From: Raillietiella orientalis
Taxonomy: Eukaryota
DNA: 64,000 nt
Assembly: GCA_036172245.1 (NCBI GenBank)
Contig: JAYWIR010000017.1
Location: forward strand, 1,550,001-1,614,000
Direction of reading: 5' to 3'
In this document: positions 39,201-50,800 of the stretch, piece after piece
Numbering within the stretch: position 1 is the stretch's first letter
Layout: the number at the start of each line of letters is the position of its first letter
Program-made: the position numbers and the translations under genes
The notes under the pieces: generated by a model
Told to the model about the DNA's origin: nothing
Seen by the model: the letters and a program-made list of their open reading frames with translations, nothing else
Databases searched by the model: none

Positions 39201-41408
39201 AAAACGCTCGGGGCAAACAAATGCGAGATTTCTTCTCGAAGAAAGAAAGAATCCAGGAAGGCCTCCGAAGAAATCTTCTTGGATTCTGCTTTCTTCCCTG
39301 AGAGGCCTGAAAGAGAGCTACATGGATGACAGGGTCAACAAGAAGGACGAAAACCTAAGGCTGAAACACGGAGTTGCGGAGAGTCATTCAGAAGGCTGAG
39401 AGGTCAGTGAACTGTTGTTCGTCCTTCGTGTCTGGACCCAACGCTCAGCAAAGAAGAGCTTCGTTCAAGAAGGGATCAGGTTGATCAGTATAGAAAGAGA
39501 ATAAGAGAATAAAGCCTAGAGGACGAAGGAAAGAAGATTCAGATCGAAACAAGTCCAGTCGCCTATAGAGCTGGAAACACCTAAGCGAAGAAGTTCTGTC
39601 TTCTTAGCAGACATCTGAAACCATGAATGTCTTTGTCTTGGATGATCTCGATTTAACCAATGCAGAATCTTGTAGAAGCTCTCTTGTGATCTTTTCCGAG
39701 CATGGATCTGCAGTCTGATTCCAGTTGTTGGTAGGATCCTGGGATGTGAATAAACCATTTTTTCTTTCCCGAATGTTCGAGAAGTCCACTCTAAGACACG
39801 AATGCTTTCTGAGTGCTCTATCGTCTTTGCATGCCCTTCTTTTTTCTAATTCCATTTCTTCAGTCCTTCGAGATCCCTTCTGATACCTAAGACGCGCACG
39901 TCGATCCTGGTTCTGCACGGGAAATGCTCTAGTAAAAAAACGCACGGGGAGAGGAAAGGGTAGTCCTTAAGCATTTTCCGCAGGGACAAGAGGCATCCTT
40001 ACTGAGCTCGGCGTTGTAGTATCCAAACTGCTCGTAAACGCTAGCTGTTCCCTCTTGGCCAAACAAGGAAACAGGACACCAACAGTGAAGAGCTCGTGGA
40101 CTGCCGCCAGCAGGAAGCACCACTTATTTGCCGCGTTCAACACTGCGCTTGCAGGGGGCGCACCCGGAAATGAGCACGAAAATTGCGGTGCATATAAATC
40201 GCGATGCAGAAAGAAAGGGTGAAAGAGAAGGGGTGCGCCTAACTCGTCTCTGCCGTTAGCTCCAAATGGCAGTTCTCATTCGCTGCTGATGTTCTCACAT
40301 CTCCAAAAAAGAATAATTTCCGAAACAGATCAGTGGGATGCTTATTTTGCTCCCCTCTTGTAGCGGATGGCGTGAAGGCCTCAGCCATCCGCTTCTCTCA
40401 CAGCTTCGGCATTTTGATCTCCCCCAGAATTCTCCTGAAGATGCATTGTGAATCCCTCTGCGCAGGATTCCCAAAGACAATTTTACCGGAAATGTTCGAC
40501 TTTCTCGCTTCCATTCCTCTTCAGAATGGAGCAGAAAAAACGCGTGTATCAGAAGCTCGGTTACACAAGTGTAGGAATTCTTCGTTCTCCTCCGTGTGAG
40601 AGGGCAATCTTGGCAGGAAACCCAGAGGGAGACCAGAGCCAGAGGAAACTTTCGGCGGCTTTTTTGAAAAGGAGGAAAGGAACGAAACAATGGAGCACTC
40701 CATCCGTTTCTGAGGTCAGCTAACTCATCGGAGACCATTAGTGTGATAAGAAATAGGATGTATGGGTCATTGGACATTTTCCACAGGCACATGTCAGGTC
40801 GGGGTGGAAGATTCAGCTCTAGTAGTGCAGCATAACGAGAGCAGGGACCTTCAGCAAAGGGGACTCCCTTTGCTGAAGGAGTTTCGGGACAAAACTCTTG
40901 GCAGAAAGGGTCGATTCCCCAAGCCCCCCCAAAGAACAGTGGAGTTTACAAAAGTGAGCTTTACTCCGCGCGCAAGTCTGTGTTTCGAGACCCAAGACGA
41001 GAGCAGAGGCGTTCAGCTCTGTTTTAAACAGAGGGAAAAAACGAGGAGAAAGCTGCGGCAAAGTGTATTAATCCCTGTGTTATCCAAGATGTCAAGAGTC
41101 ATGTTTTCTCGAATCTAACACGGCATCTTCTTTGTCTGGAAGCGTCGAAGAAACCATTTTTCACTCTGGGAAAGCAAAAATCCTGGTTCCGAGAGATCTC
41201 CATTTCTTTTTTCTCTTGGAATCGCAGTCGTCCCGAAGTGATGCTCGAAGAGCAAATTGTCGAATGGATCGATGATGAACGTGCGTCGGTAAGGGTGTGT
41301 GGCTAGAGATGTTTCGCTTCCTGATAAAAGGCACCAAATTTTCTTGTAAAGATGAACATTTGCTTGAGATAGCGTGAAGAGCAATGAAACTGGCGACGGT
41401 TGTGTTGG

Positions 41409-41839
41409 CAGGCGTCAGATCTGAATTTTGCTGAGGAAATGAATCTCTTCCTCAAGAGGTGGCTTCCTCTTGAAAACGGGAACGTCGTTCAGAAGCTGAT
41501 TCCTCTTCTGTTATATGATATCAGGATCCAATTGTTCCTTGTGATGCTTTTCCTTCTTCTTCAGAATCTTCCTCGGAAGCACAGATTTCCACATTTTCTC
41601 GAGAAATCTTGGCTTCTTTACTGAAAACACAGAACCGCCTCTGCACCCTGTTGAAAATTACAGCAACCAGAGTAATCTGCAAAACACAATCTGCTTTTCT
41701 TAGAAGCTGACTGCTTCGTTTCCTTAGTTATCGAAGGACACACGCCTTTGATGCAACGACTTCAGCGAAATTTGTATGGGACTTGACTCTGGGAAAATCA
41801 GGCGTCAGATGTGAATTTTGCTGAGAAAATGAATCTCTT
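41409..41839 (+). repeat. 41-bp direct repeat pair (41409-41449 and 41799-41839)
   Basis: caggcgtcagat[c/g]tgaattttgctgag[g/a]aaatgaatctctt, 2 mismatches, 390-bp period. Confidence 0.9.
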
Positions 41840-44036
41840 TCGCAATTGGTGTCCCTCCTTTGCAAGCAATCGCTCCTCATTTTTCCAGCCTCCAGCCTCG
41901 TCCGCAAATCAAGTCGCTATTCACTCTGAAGACTACTAGATAGAGGCACCAGTCATTCTAGAAATTATCACAGTTATTCGCGTGAAAGCCGTTCTGGATG
42001 GCTGTGGGATTCCTCAAAAGATTCAAGATCAAAAATAAGGGGTTCTCATCTGTGCTGACACACGTCAATGAATGAAGAATGATTTGCGCAAGTCATCATT
42101 AGAAAAAACAAGGCAGAACCTAATATATGAAGCTGCGGAGACAGGTGATCCTGGAGTAACGACTGAGAAAGGATCGAAATTCGATGAATCTGAGAATTTC
42201 AAACCCTAGGAGGCGAGAGTCAAGTACCGGTCAGTGGTACCCTGTGAAAGATTTCGTTCCACAGAACCAACAGATACTTCGAGGTGATTGTTCTGAGAAG
42301 ACATCCATTTCCACCGAGTTTCTAGTCTTTGGAATGCGTGATGCTTTTCTCTCTGCCCTCCCTGGATCTACAATTTCTCCGAGATTCCAGAAGGTTGCGT
42401 GATCCAGACGTGATGTCCACCGAAGCTCGTTCTGATTCCATGGCATTTTCACCTTCTAGCGATAATCCAAACTTCCATATCTAGCCAAAGACGAAGGGGT
42501 TGCCTAACATTTTCCTCCTAAATGATGATGTATATCACGAAGGGGCTCATCTGCTTTCTTTTGTTAGGGAAGATAATGAATGTTTCTTCTTCTGTTCAGG
42601 TGCCTAAAGCCATCTGCTTTAGTATTTCAAGTTGTTAAAGTCGAATGATGTTTGGGGTTGTTGGAAAAAGTGACCTACAGTTGCATTGAGAACCTCGGAC
42701 AATTTCATGCAGCTTAGCTCGCCAAATTGTAACTGCAACAAAACTCCAGGATATTCTCTCTTTATTCTGGTTTAACAGTTAAAATACCAAGAGTGGAAAG
42801 TTTCCTTTCCATCCACAGAGCATTTTGAATATCTCAGACTCTGAGCTTCTTCGCTTCTTGAATGGTTGCTTCAGTTGCTGCATTGTCTCGTTGTTCCGCT
42901 GCTCTGAAACCTTTCTAATCTGTCCCAACAAATCCCGCGTTTCGCAAGTACTATGCATGTCTGTTTACACCCTGAAACACGAATACAGAAATCTTCAAGG
43001 AATCAATAACGTTCTCGAAGACGTAGTTTGGCTGGAGCTCACTTCTCGATGCCTCTCTCACTCATTTCCGATATTAACAGCTAAGTAAGTGACCACATTT
43101 GCACAGTAAGTGACCGACATAGTTTTTTGGAATGTCATCATTTGACTGCCTTTGGGTCCAACGTCAACTATGGTCATTCCTCTAGCTTTAGAAAACCCCA
43201 GCACACATCGCGCCATCTTCAAAATTCTTTAGCGTCCTTTGCAAAACGTTGTAGATTGCTCGTTTTCTCTCTGCTTCTAGTAGTGGTAGCTGATGCTGTG
43301 TTTTTCTTTCTCCCCTAGGTCCAACAGCTCCCTGGATTCGAGAATTAATCTCCACAGGAAGCTTTCTGTTCCACAACGCTTCCCCCTTTTCCCGAAGCGA
43401 TTTTGAGATACATGCTGAAGGCACGCGGGGATTCACAGCTGAGTGCGAAGAAAGTCGTTCCGAGACAGTAGAAATGCTGAAAGCCAATGTTTGATGGCTC
43501 CTTGAAGATGAAAGGTATGGAAAAAATGAATTTGGTTTCCGAAGAGGATTTTGTCTAAGTATCAGCTCGATACACCGCGCACTTACTTAGCATCTTATTT
43601 GTTTCTCGAGTTTTTTCATGAATTTTTTTTTAGAGTAGTGGGCAGCACATAGGACTGTTGCTTTCTTTTAAGAAAACAGCAAGAAAGACTAGTGGGAATG
43701 GTGATACACGTGGGAATAATAGTGAATCTCTGCTCTCGGAGGTTCGCAACTGCCCCGGAAATGGAAATTCCAGTTTCAGGAAGGTTGGCCTTTTTTTATT
43801 CGCTAAGTCACCCTTGTCTCGCAGCGTAATAAGCGAGTTCCGCGCGTTTCTAGAGAGACTACTGAGTATCTCCAGAACTAGTACGTATGCAACACCCTTT
43901 TCCGAGTTAGCAATTGGTAAATCAATGAGAATGTCTCTTTCCAGAGAATTGGTCGGATACAAAAAGGCTTATCACATTGCATCGGGAGAGGTGAAGGGTC
44001 TGCATTCGATCTGAATTCTGATTTGCTTTTTTTTAC

Positions 44037-44340
44037 CTTCCAGCTTTCGTGACTATCATCTCTGTCCCCAACTCGTTGAATTCCTCCCAAAGTGCCTTCA
44101 TCTCTAGAGTTGCGTCGACTCCTATTAGCTTAACGTGAAGAGGTTTCTTTTCATCAGAGTCGATCTGTCGGCCTGCGTCCGAGATGCATCCGAAATCGTC
44201 TTTTCGCTTGTTGTCCAGGTCTTCATCGCACGATCCAAAAATGCACGTGTGTTTGGAAGCAGCAATCTGCTGCAGCTGAGCGTAAGGAGAAGCGTAGTCG
44301 ATGGTCCGTTCCTTGTCTTTTCCGGCGGACAGTATGCACG
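44037..44340 (-). CDS. Tbx1: Tbx1 coding exon 2: N-terminal region and start of the T-box (...[38 protein letters not shown])
   Basis: Acceptor ttctttattttgcag, 100 open codons ending in the canonical T-box start, donor AG|GTAAAA (phase 2). This frame is absent from the supplied ORF track. Confidence 0.95.
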
Positions 44341-46803
44341 CTGCAAAATAAAGAACTCAGGTTGCAAGCATCGCTTCTGCTGGAAGCTGCTTGTCACATA
44401 CTTACCTCGGTTCTCGGTCTAGCTAATGGGAAAAAGAATGGAAAGTTTCATGATTAGTGACGAAAGAGCAATTTCCATGGTTAATGACAACAGCAATTTG
44501 AACAAACTTTACACAGAAACGTTCAATAAACGGTCTTAAAGGCAAAGCGGAATCTGGTCAGTTCCTTCTCATTTCAACACGTGCTTGGCACTGCAGGCGG
44601 CGCGCTATCCTGCTAGTACTTCTCAAAACGATTCTAATGACTTTTAAAATTTCAAGTGTGTTTCTTTTTTTTTATTTTTTCGGGGTTGGGTGGGGTGGAG
44701 CCTCGCTGCATTCCTAGACAGTCCCTTCTTTTCTACTTTCTGTTTTTAAAATACGTTTTCCTTGTTATGCCTGAGATCACGGCATGGAGAGCGAAAGACA
44801 ACGAAAGCATAGAAAATGCAGAACCACACGATGGGCATTCGGGAAAGGCTAGAGTATCCACAGGCTTGGCATGCAGCAAAAGTCATCCTTGTGAGGCACT
44901 ACTCTTTTCTGGGGAGTTTGGAATCCTCCGCGTGTCGCATTCGTAAAGGAAGGCACTTATCCCACTGCGGAAGGTGGGGTAATGGTCGGTCACTACATCG
45001 AGTCGGGTGCTGCTGCTGCAACTGATGCATACGGAGCATACAGAAAGTCTGTTTCGACATTTGCCTTCCGTAGACCACTCTCAACAGACAAGGTCATGCA
45101 AAAGGATCCTTCCTTATGGATTTCCGAAGCGATTTGATTCTTTACCGAGTATCCTACATTCTGAACATCAGAGTTTCTTCTATAAGTTATTATCATCGAG
45201 AAGTGACGCTTCATATGACAAATCTAACTTCGAAACATCTTGAAACATCATCCGGTATTGCATCGTGAGGTGTGCCACACAGTGTATCTGGATGCTAAAT
45301 GCAAAAGCAGTGCAAACAGATTTCATCGATTTCGGTTGGTTTTTAGACTACCCTGAGAATAGTTCTAGGATTAAGATCGTCATTAAGTTCACTCTCATAA
45401 CCAGAAATTATTTTTCATGACCACACTTCATGCATCATGAACGACTCAATGAAATTAGAGGGATGCATGCATTTGTCAAGTAGCTTCTAATGATCCTGCT
45501 ATTCTGATCTTTGAAATGCACTTTCCAGAACTGAGCTGCAATCAAAAATCAGTTTGACTGTGCAATGAATCCCCGATTTTCCAAAAAAAAAAATAAATTT
45601 TTTTGTTTATTTTTGGAATTCGAAGATGATAAGCAAAGGATCTTGAAATGTAAACTCAGGAGCACAAAAAGGATACAGATTTGAACGAGGTGATCGATGG
45701 GGTTCATATGTCACCAAATACGGGCTACGTATTTACTGTAGCAGCCATTTCGCAAACCTCTCGAAACTACGAGGCCGTCCACGTGCTACCTGATAGACAT
45801 TCGCATCGAAATCCGCGACAAAACGGGAAAGCTTAAAGAGTGGATATTCTTTAAGGAGATTCATTCTGAAGTGCTTTTTGGTTTGCTCTCTCCGAAAGGG
45901 TCCAGCGCTTTGCAAGCAACCTCCAGAGTGCGTCATCAGAGAAAACAAGGGAAGGTTACTAACGGATGGTGATAGCAATTAATAATAAGAACTCCTCAGT
46001 GTTCTTGCTTGAAACTTTCGTTTCTCCAAGAAGATGCTCTGCTGACTGCCGCCTGGGAAACATGCCGATTGAGGATAAACGTGCAGGAATCCTGCCGGAA
46101 TTATCCGCGCTTCGCACCCTGTCCTCTGACTCATTCCTCGTTCTCCTTCTCCGCGAAACATCGCGGCATCGACTGTCAGGAATCGTAGTGTTTTTCACCC
46201 CAACCGTTCTTCAGTGCGATTTCCAGCACACGTTCGGGGTGTGCCGCTTGACAGTGAGTGTGCAGCCCATAAGCGTTCTCAGTGCGTGCCTCGATGGGTT
46301 CGCGTAGCACGTGTCTGTTGAAATAGGGAGCTTCAATGCGCAAGTATCGTCGGAAAAGAGGAGGGGAGGGGAAAAAACTTTCACTTCCATCGGCCGATTG
46401 GTGTGTGTCGCAGGCATTTTTCCCCCCATGTTTGCAGACCGCTCGAAGGGAGATCTTTACGAGCAAGATGTGCCTGAATCTTTTTGGTCACCCGTGCGTC
46501 ACTCGGGGTTTAGCATCCAGAAAACGTCTCCCTCCCCTCCCCATCTGTACGTGTAATTAGTAAGTGGATGAGTGAGTTTCACGAATGCACTTCAGCGTAC
46601 GATTCTGCAAATACAGTTCGAAATACATTTCACGGGAGGGATCGGGGATCTAGGCGACGCGACCGGAGGACTTTTCGCCGCTTCGTCGTTCAGCACCCGA
46701 AATCACGATCACGGGACAAAAGGGACATAGACAGGAAAACAAACCAACTTCTCAAGATAATGAACACGAAAACAGAATCTGGGATTGATTGAGCTCATCT
46801 TAC

Positions 46804-46861
46804 CCTCCATTTCCTTCATGGGCGTCGCGTAGGAATTCCAATCGAAACAACAATCTCCCAT
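46804..46861 (-). CDS. Tbx1: Tbx1 coding exon 1 (MGDCCFDWNSYATPMKEME + first base of Ala)
   Basis: ATG in AACATGG context with an in-frame TAA three codons upstream. Ends at a strong phase-1 donor (GAG G|GTAAGA) that joins the CG of exon 2 to give ...EMEA-CILSAG. This resembles the short ...DMEA first coding exon recalled for vertebrate TBX1. Confidence 0.75.
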
Positions 46862-47865
46862 GTTCCTAATTTATCAATCAAATGGCGAGAGAATTCATAC
46901 GAATAAGGTCCATTAATCTCAAAATGGATCCATCACTACGTAAGTAAACTGCGATAAAAAAGAAATCACTAAGGCAGTATATTTCTGTCTTCGGAATCTT
47001 CATCCAATATCTTAATTACTTTGTTGAATGAAGGGTGAAATCCTTGAATTCTTCAGTCGTTTCTAGAAGATTATTCCTCCAACGTGTTTCTATGAACTGT
47101 TTTGACAACGGCTTTCATCTCATCCATTAACACGCATCCAGGTCCGCAGCAAGTATCTTCCTTCAGTTGTATTTTTGTTGAGCTAAGGATTGGGATAGCC
47201 CCGTTCGAATCACCGGAACGAATGACTGGATACCGAGATGCCGACGAGTGATTCTTTACACTGTTTCCAACGCAATAGTCATGTCGTATTGCCAAAATTT
47301 AGGTAAGGCTCTTCTTTCACTGCAAACTCCGCCCTCGACACTCCTTCCCGTTCCAGGAAGAGGATCACACTGTTTTTAGCCTCCCTCCGGAGCCATAGCT
47401 ATTGATGCTCTCGATCAGGAGAGGAAAAGGAATGAGGGTGTATCCTCACGGCAGCGTTTAGTGACTTCGTCATTTAATTTTTTTTTTCTCTCACCCTCAC
47501 TCACCTCTTTCCTGATCTTCAAAGGTGCAGTGGAGAACGTGCACTGGCTGTAAAAGCGACTCAGAATGAGGATGTTCTTAGAATTCTTCGAGACGAATTT
47601 CCACCCTGCTCCATGGAATGCATGCTTTAAAAAAAAATGAAAAAAAATGATAATAAAAATGTCAAAGAGTCTGTGTGCCAATATGGACCACATTTACGGG
47701 AGCAGCCAGCCGTTTCCACTTGGGCACTTTCGATCGAACGACTCTTCCCAAAGAAGATGGGATTCGCAGTTTGGAAACGCGAGGCCCATCTTTTTTCACC
47801 CAGCGATTTGCTTAAAAATTATAGCAATAGGATTCTTCTGGTGAGCTTTTCTGGGGGGGGGGGTA

Positions 47866-47883
47866 ATCATCATCATCATCATC
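47866..47883. repeat. (ATC)6 microsatellite
   Basis: Read directly. It produces the spurious poly-His in ORF 47637..47933. Confidence 0.85.
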
Positions 47884-50800
47884 ACCATGAAACAAAGCAA
47901 GTCCCGGAGAAAACTGCAGTTCTGCTGAAATGAAAGCGACACAACTGGAAGGTCGGATTGACACCGGAGCGCATCTTTCAGGAGGCCGATCTGATGCTCT
48001 TCCCCAGCAGTTTCCTTCCTGGTCCTTTCTGCGTGATGCTGAAGGAGATCTGCGTTCCCTCAGTTTCTCTGAAATGCGTTCTCGGATCCGACGATCCCGA
48101 GGAAGGGAGCAGCGACCACGGGAATCAGGGCTCAGTTTTGCAAGCATGCACTTTGGAGGTGCGAGAGAGGGGGAGGATCGGAGAGCAGAAGGAACTCCCC
48201 CACTTGACCACGGGAGAGGCCGATTTTTCCCGAGCGTTTCCTGGTCGCGCGCGCTGTCTTAAGAGGCTTCGGCGCGAAAGCGCCGGGAAGCTGATAACTG
48301 TAGGGCGCTTGCGAGATCGGGCGAAAATCAAAGGGAGAAAAGAGAGATTTAGGAAATCGCCGTCTCGATTGTCAAGAGGACCCCCCTGGGGTAGGATGCT
48401 TCGTTCATTCGGGCTTACGGTTTCCCCTGGGATGGGAATCTTGGGTCCGAATGAACAGGGCGGCAGCATTCCCTCGAAGGGTTTCTCCGACGGAGATTCA
48501 GCTTTTCCGGGTCCAGGTTTCGATTTCCCGGCATCCTCCGGATTGGCGAAAAGTCTTCGCCGCATCAGATAAGGCGTCGAATCCGAAGCTGGCGGATGCT
48601 ACAGCATCCGTGAAGCGCGCGCATCATGTAATGTGTGTCATGCGTATTTTGTTGCAGATGAGTTACGTGAGCGATCCAGTACCCATGCAACCCCCGTCAA
48701 TTGACGTTCCTTGCCGTACCCTCTCATGCACGGGAAGACCACAAGTCGAGATTCTTGAATCAATTCGAAAATTCGAGATTGAGATGAGCCTCACGTGTCT
48801 TCAAACAAGGTCAGTGCTTTCGGTGCTGCATCTCTCAGGAGAGCAAGGGGAGCTTTCCGACTCACCTGATCTCCTCTTCCCTCATGTAACTGGTAAGCAA
48901 CCTTATAAAAAAATCTGCCCCGCACCGGAAAAAATCGTCTCTGAGTTCCTACAGAAAGGACATTCCTAGAGGTAACCATGGTAATTGTCACTTGAGAGTA
49001 GCAGTCAGTCCGCCATGCATTCTTCCTGTAGGCGTTCATCACACAAGTCTTGCTTATCTGGATAAACAAATTTGTTGGCTGAAGCGGATAGAAGGGTGTT
49101 CTGCGTTCACCTGGAAACATTGTTTTCTGGAGGGTCCAGATGCGAAGGATGCAAGTGGGCAGAGTTGCCCGCTAATCGCGTGCATCGCGCGACGGCGATA
49201 GCCTGTAAGGCAGCTGCAAGTGTGAAGCCGAGAGCGATGACAGGGATGCAGAACCAGTTCTAGACTTGAAGGATGGAACAGCATCACAAAACTCGCGGTG
49301 CAGTGTAGGAACAAACTGATTGCTGCTCTCAGAGCAGAAACCACGTTTCGAACTTAGGAAGAAGGATTTCCAGTACAAAGACGTATGAAGGGGGAAACAA
49401 TTCAAGCTCCAGAGCTGGAAAGTGCATCCGCAAATTCAACCAAAATAAAAGCTAAACCTTAGTTGTGGGTGTTTCAGAGTAATGAAAGATATCCGTGCTG
49501 TAAAGAGGAAAAGTTGACGAATCCAGTTCATTATTTTTTATTGATTATTTGAAAGATTACGAACCCATCTTCGAGACGAAGCGCGTATGTCAATGTCTTT
49601 GCCTTCCGATGGAATTACAGATACTTTTTTTTCAACTCTGAACTATTTATAATCTTTGAACTGAGGTTCAACTTGTAGCCGTAGAGATCAAGACACCCGA
49701 AGGAAGGAGCTGAGAACAGTTTTTGTGTATGGGTATTCCCAAGTACGAAATCGCACCTGGATGAAAAGGCTCCGTACTTCTTCCTGTGCAGCTTCATCTC
49801 CCTGTTTGCTTGGTAAACCTCAGTGGACCAACTAATTAGCCAGCATCCTTTCCTAAGGAGAAGTACTTTTAGGTTTGCTCGTGCTTCATGAAAACGCGCG
49901 TCTTTTTTGGAATTGTCATCGTTTTAGGTCTCAATCAGCTCGAACGGCTCTTGTCTGCAGCTCTCTCTCGAAATGTCATTCTTCCTTCGGCGCTTCTGAT
50001 CCAGCTGATCATTCAGTTTGAGAAAATGAAGCAAAGCCAGCCGCAGTTTAACTCTTCCAGAAGTGGGGGCTTATGCACCCACTGCTTCACTTTCAGCAAA
50101 GAGTATCACGATTTCAGGGACAAAGCTTTTCATGTTTTCCATATTCTTTCTTTGGCATCACAAAATGTTGGAGTTGCTCACCGTTGCGGACGTGCGTTCG
50201 TGCGATGGTGCCATCAGCAAAGCTCATCTTTCGTCTTTAATAACTGTTATTTTCATAGATTATTGGTTCAATATAAACTAATGAAGCGTTTTTGCAGTTC
50301 AGTTGTTTTATGATATTTGCTCTGGACGGAGAATAGAAGAAATAGCATAAGCACAGATTAGTGAGATCATCAAGAAAAACTGAAAATATTATATTTAGCC
50401 ATCCAATAATTTATAAACTGAGAGAACACTGAAAAATATAGCTATTTGTGTCTCCTTGAGTTTCAAAGCTCAGAAACCTAAGATTTGTCGGCAATAAAAG
50501 CTTCGAACGAGGTGATAATTACGCAGTAATCCCAACTTCACCTTCTAGTTGAAGAATTTGGGACTGCAGAGATGTCCACACTTCTCTGATGAAGAATCCA
50601 TCTTCTGCGGAAAGGGGAGATCTTTCCTTTGTTTCCTCCACTTGAGGACTGTGTTCGGAAACCCATTTATCGAACACCTCCAGTACTATGATGGAGTGGA
50701 TTGATTAGGAACTCAGGAAACATAAAATTGAGTTTTGCATCTTTTAATTAATGTCTTCTCAATTTGCTCGTCGTTCAAAAAACAAAAAAACTGGCCTTAG

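Noticed and set aside
35025..39399. ORFs of 250 and 325 aa and others in intron 2
   Set aside because: No recognisable homology or consistent exon structure; explained by GC content.
44899..45084. MHQLQQQHP... ORF as a possible Tbx1 N-terminal exon
   Set aside because: There is no convincing GT donor in a usable position (the best-looking site reads GGATAAGT), and the ORF ends in a stop.
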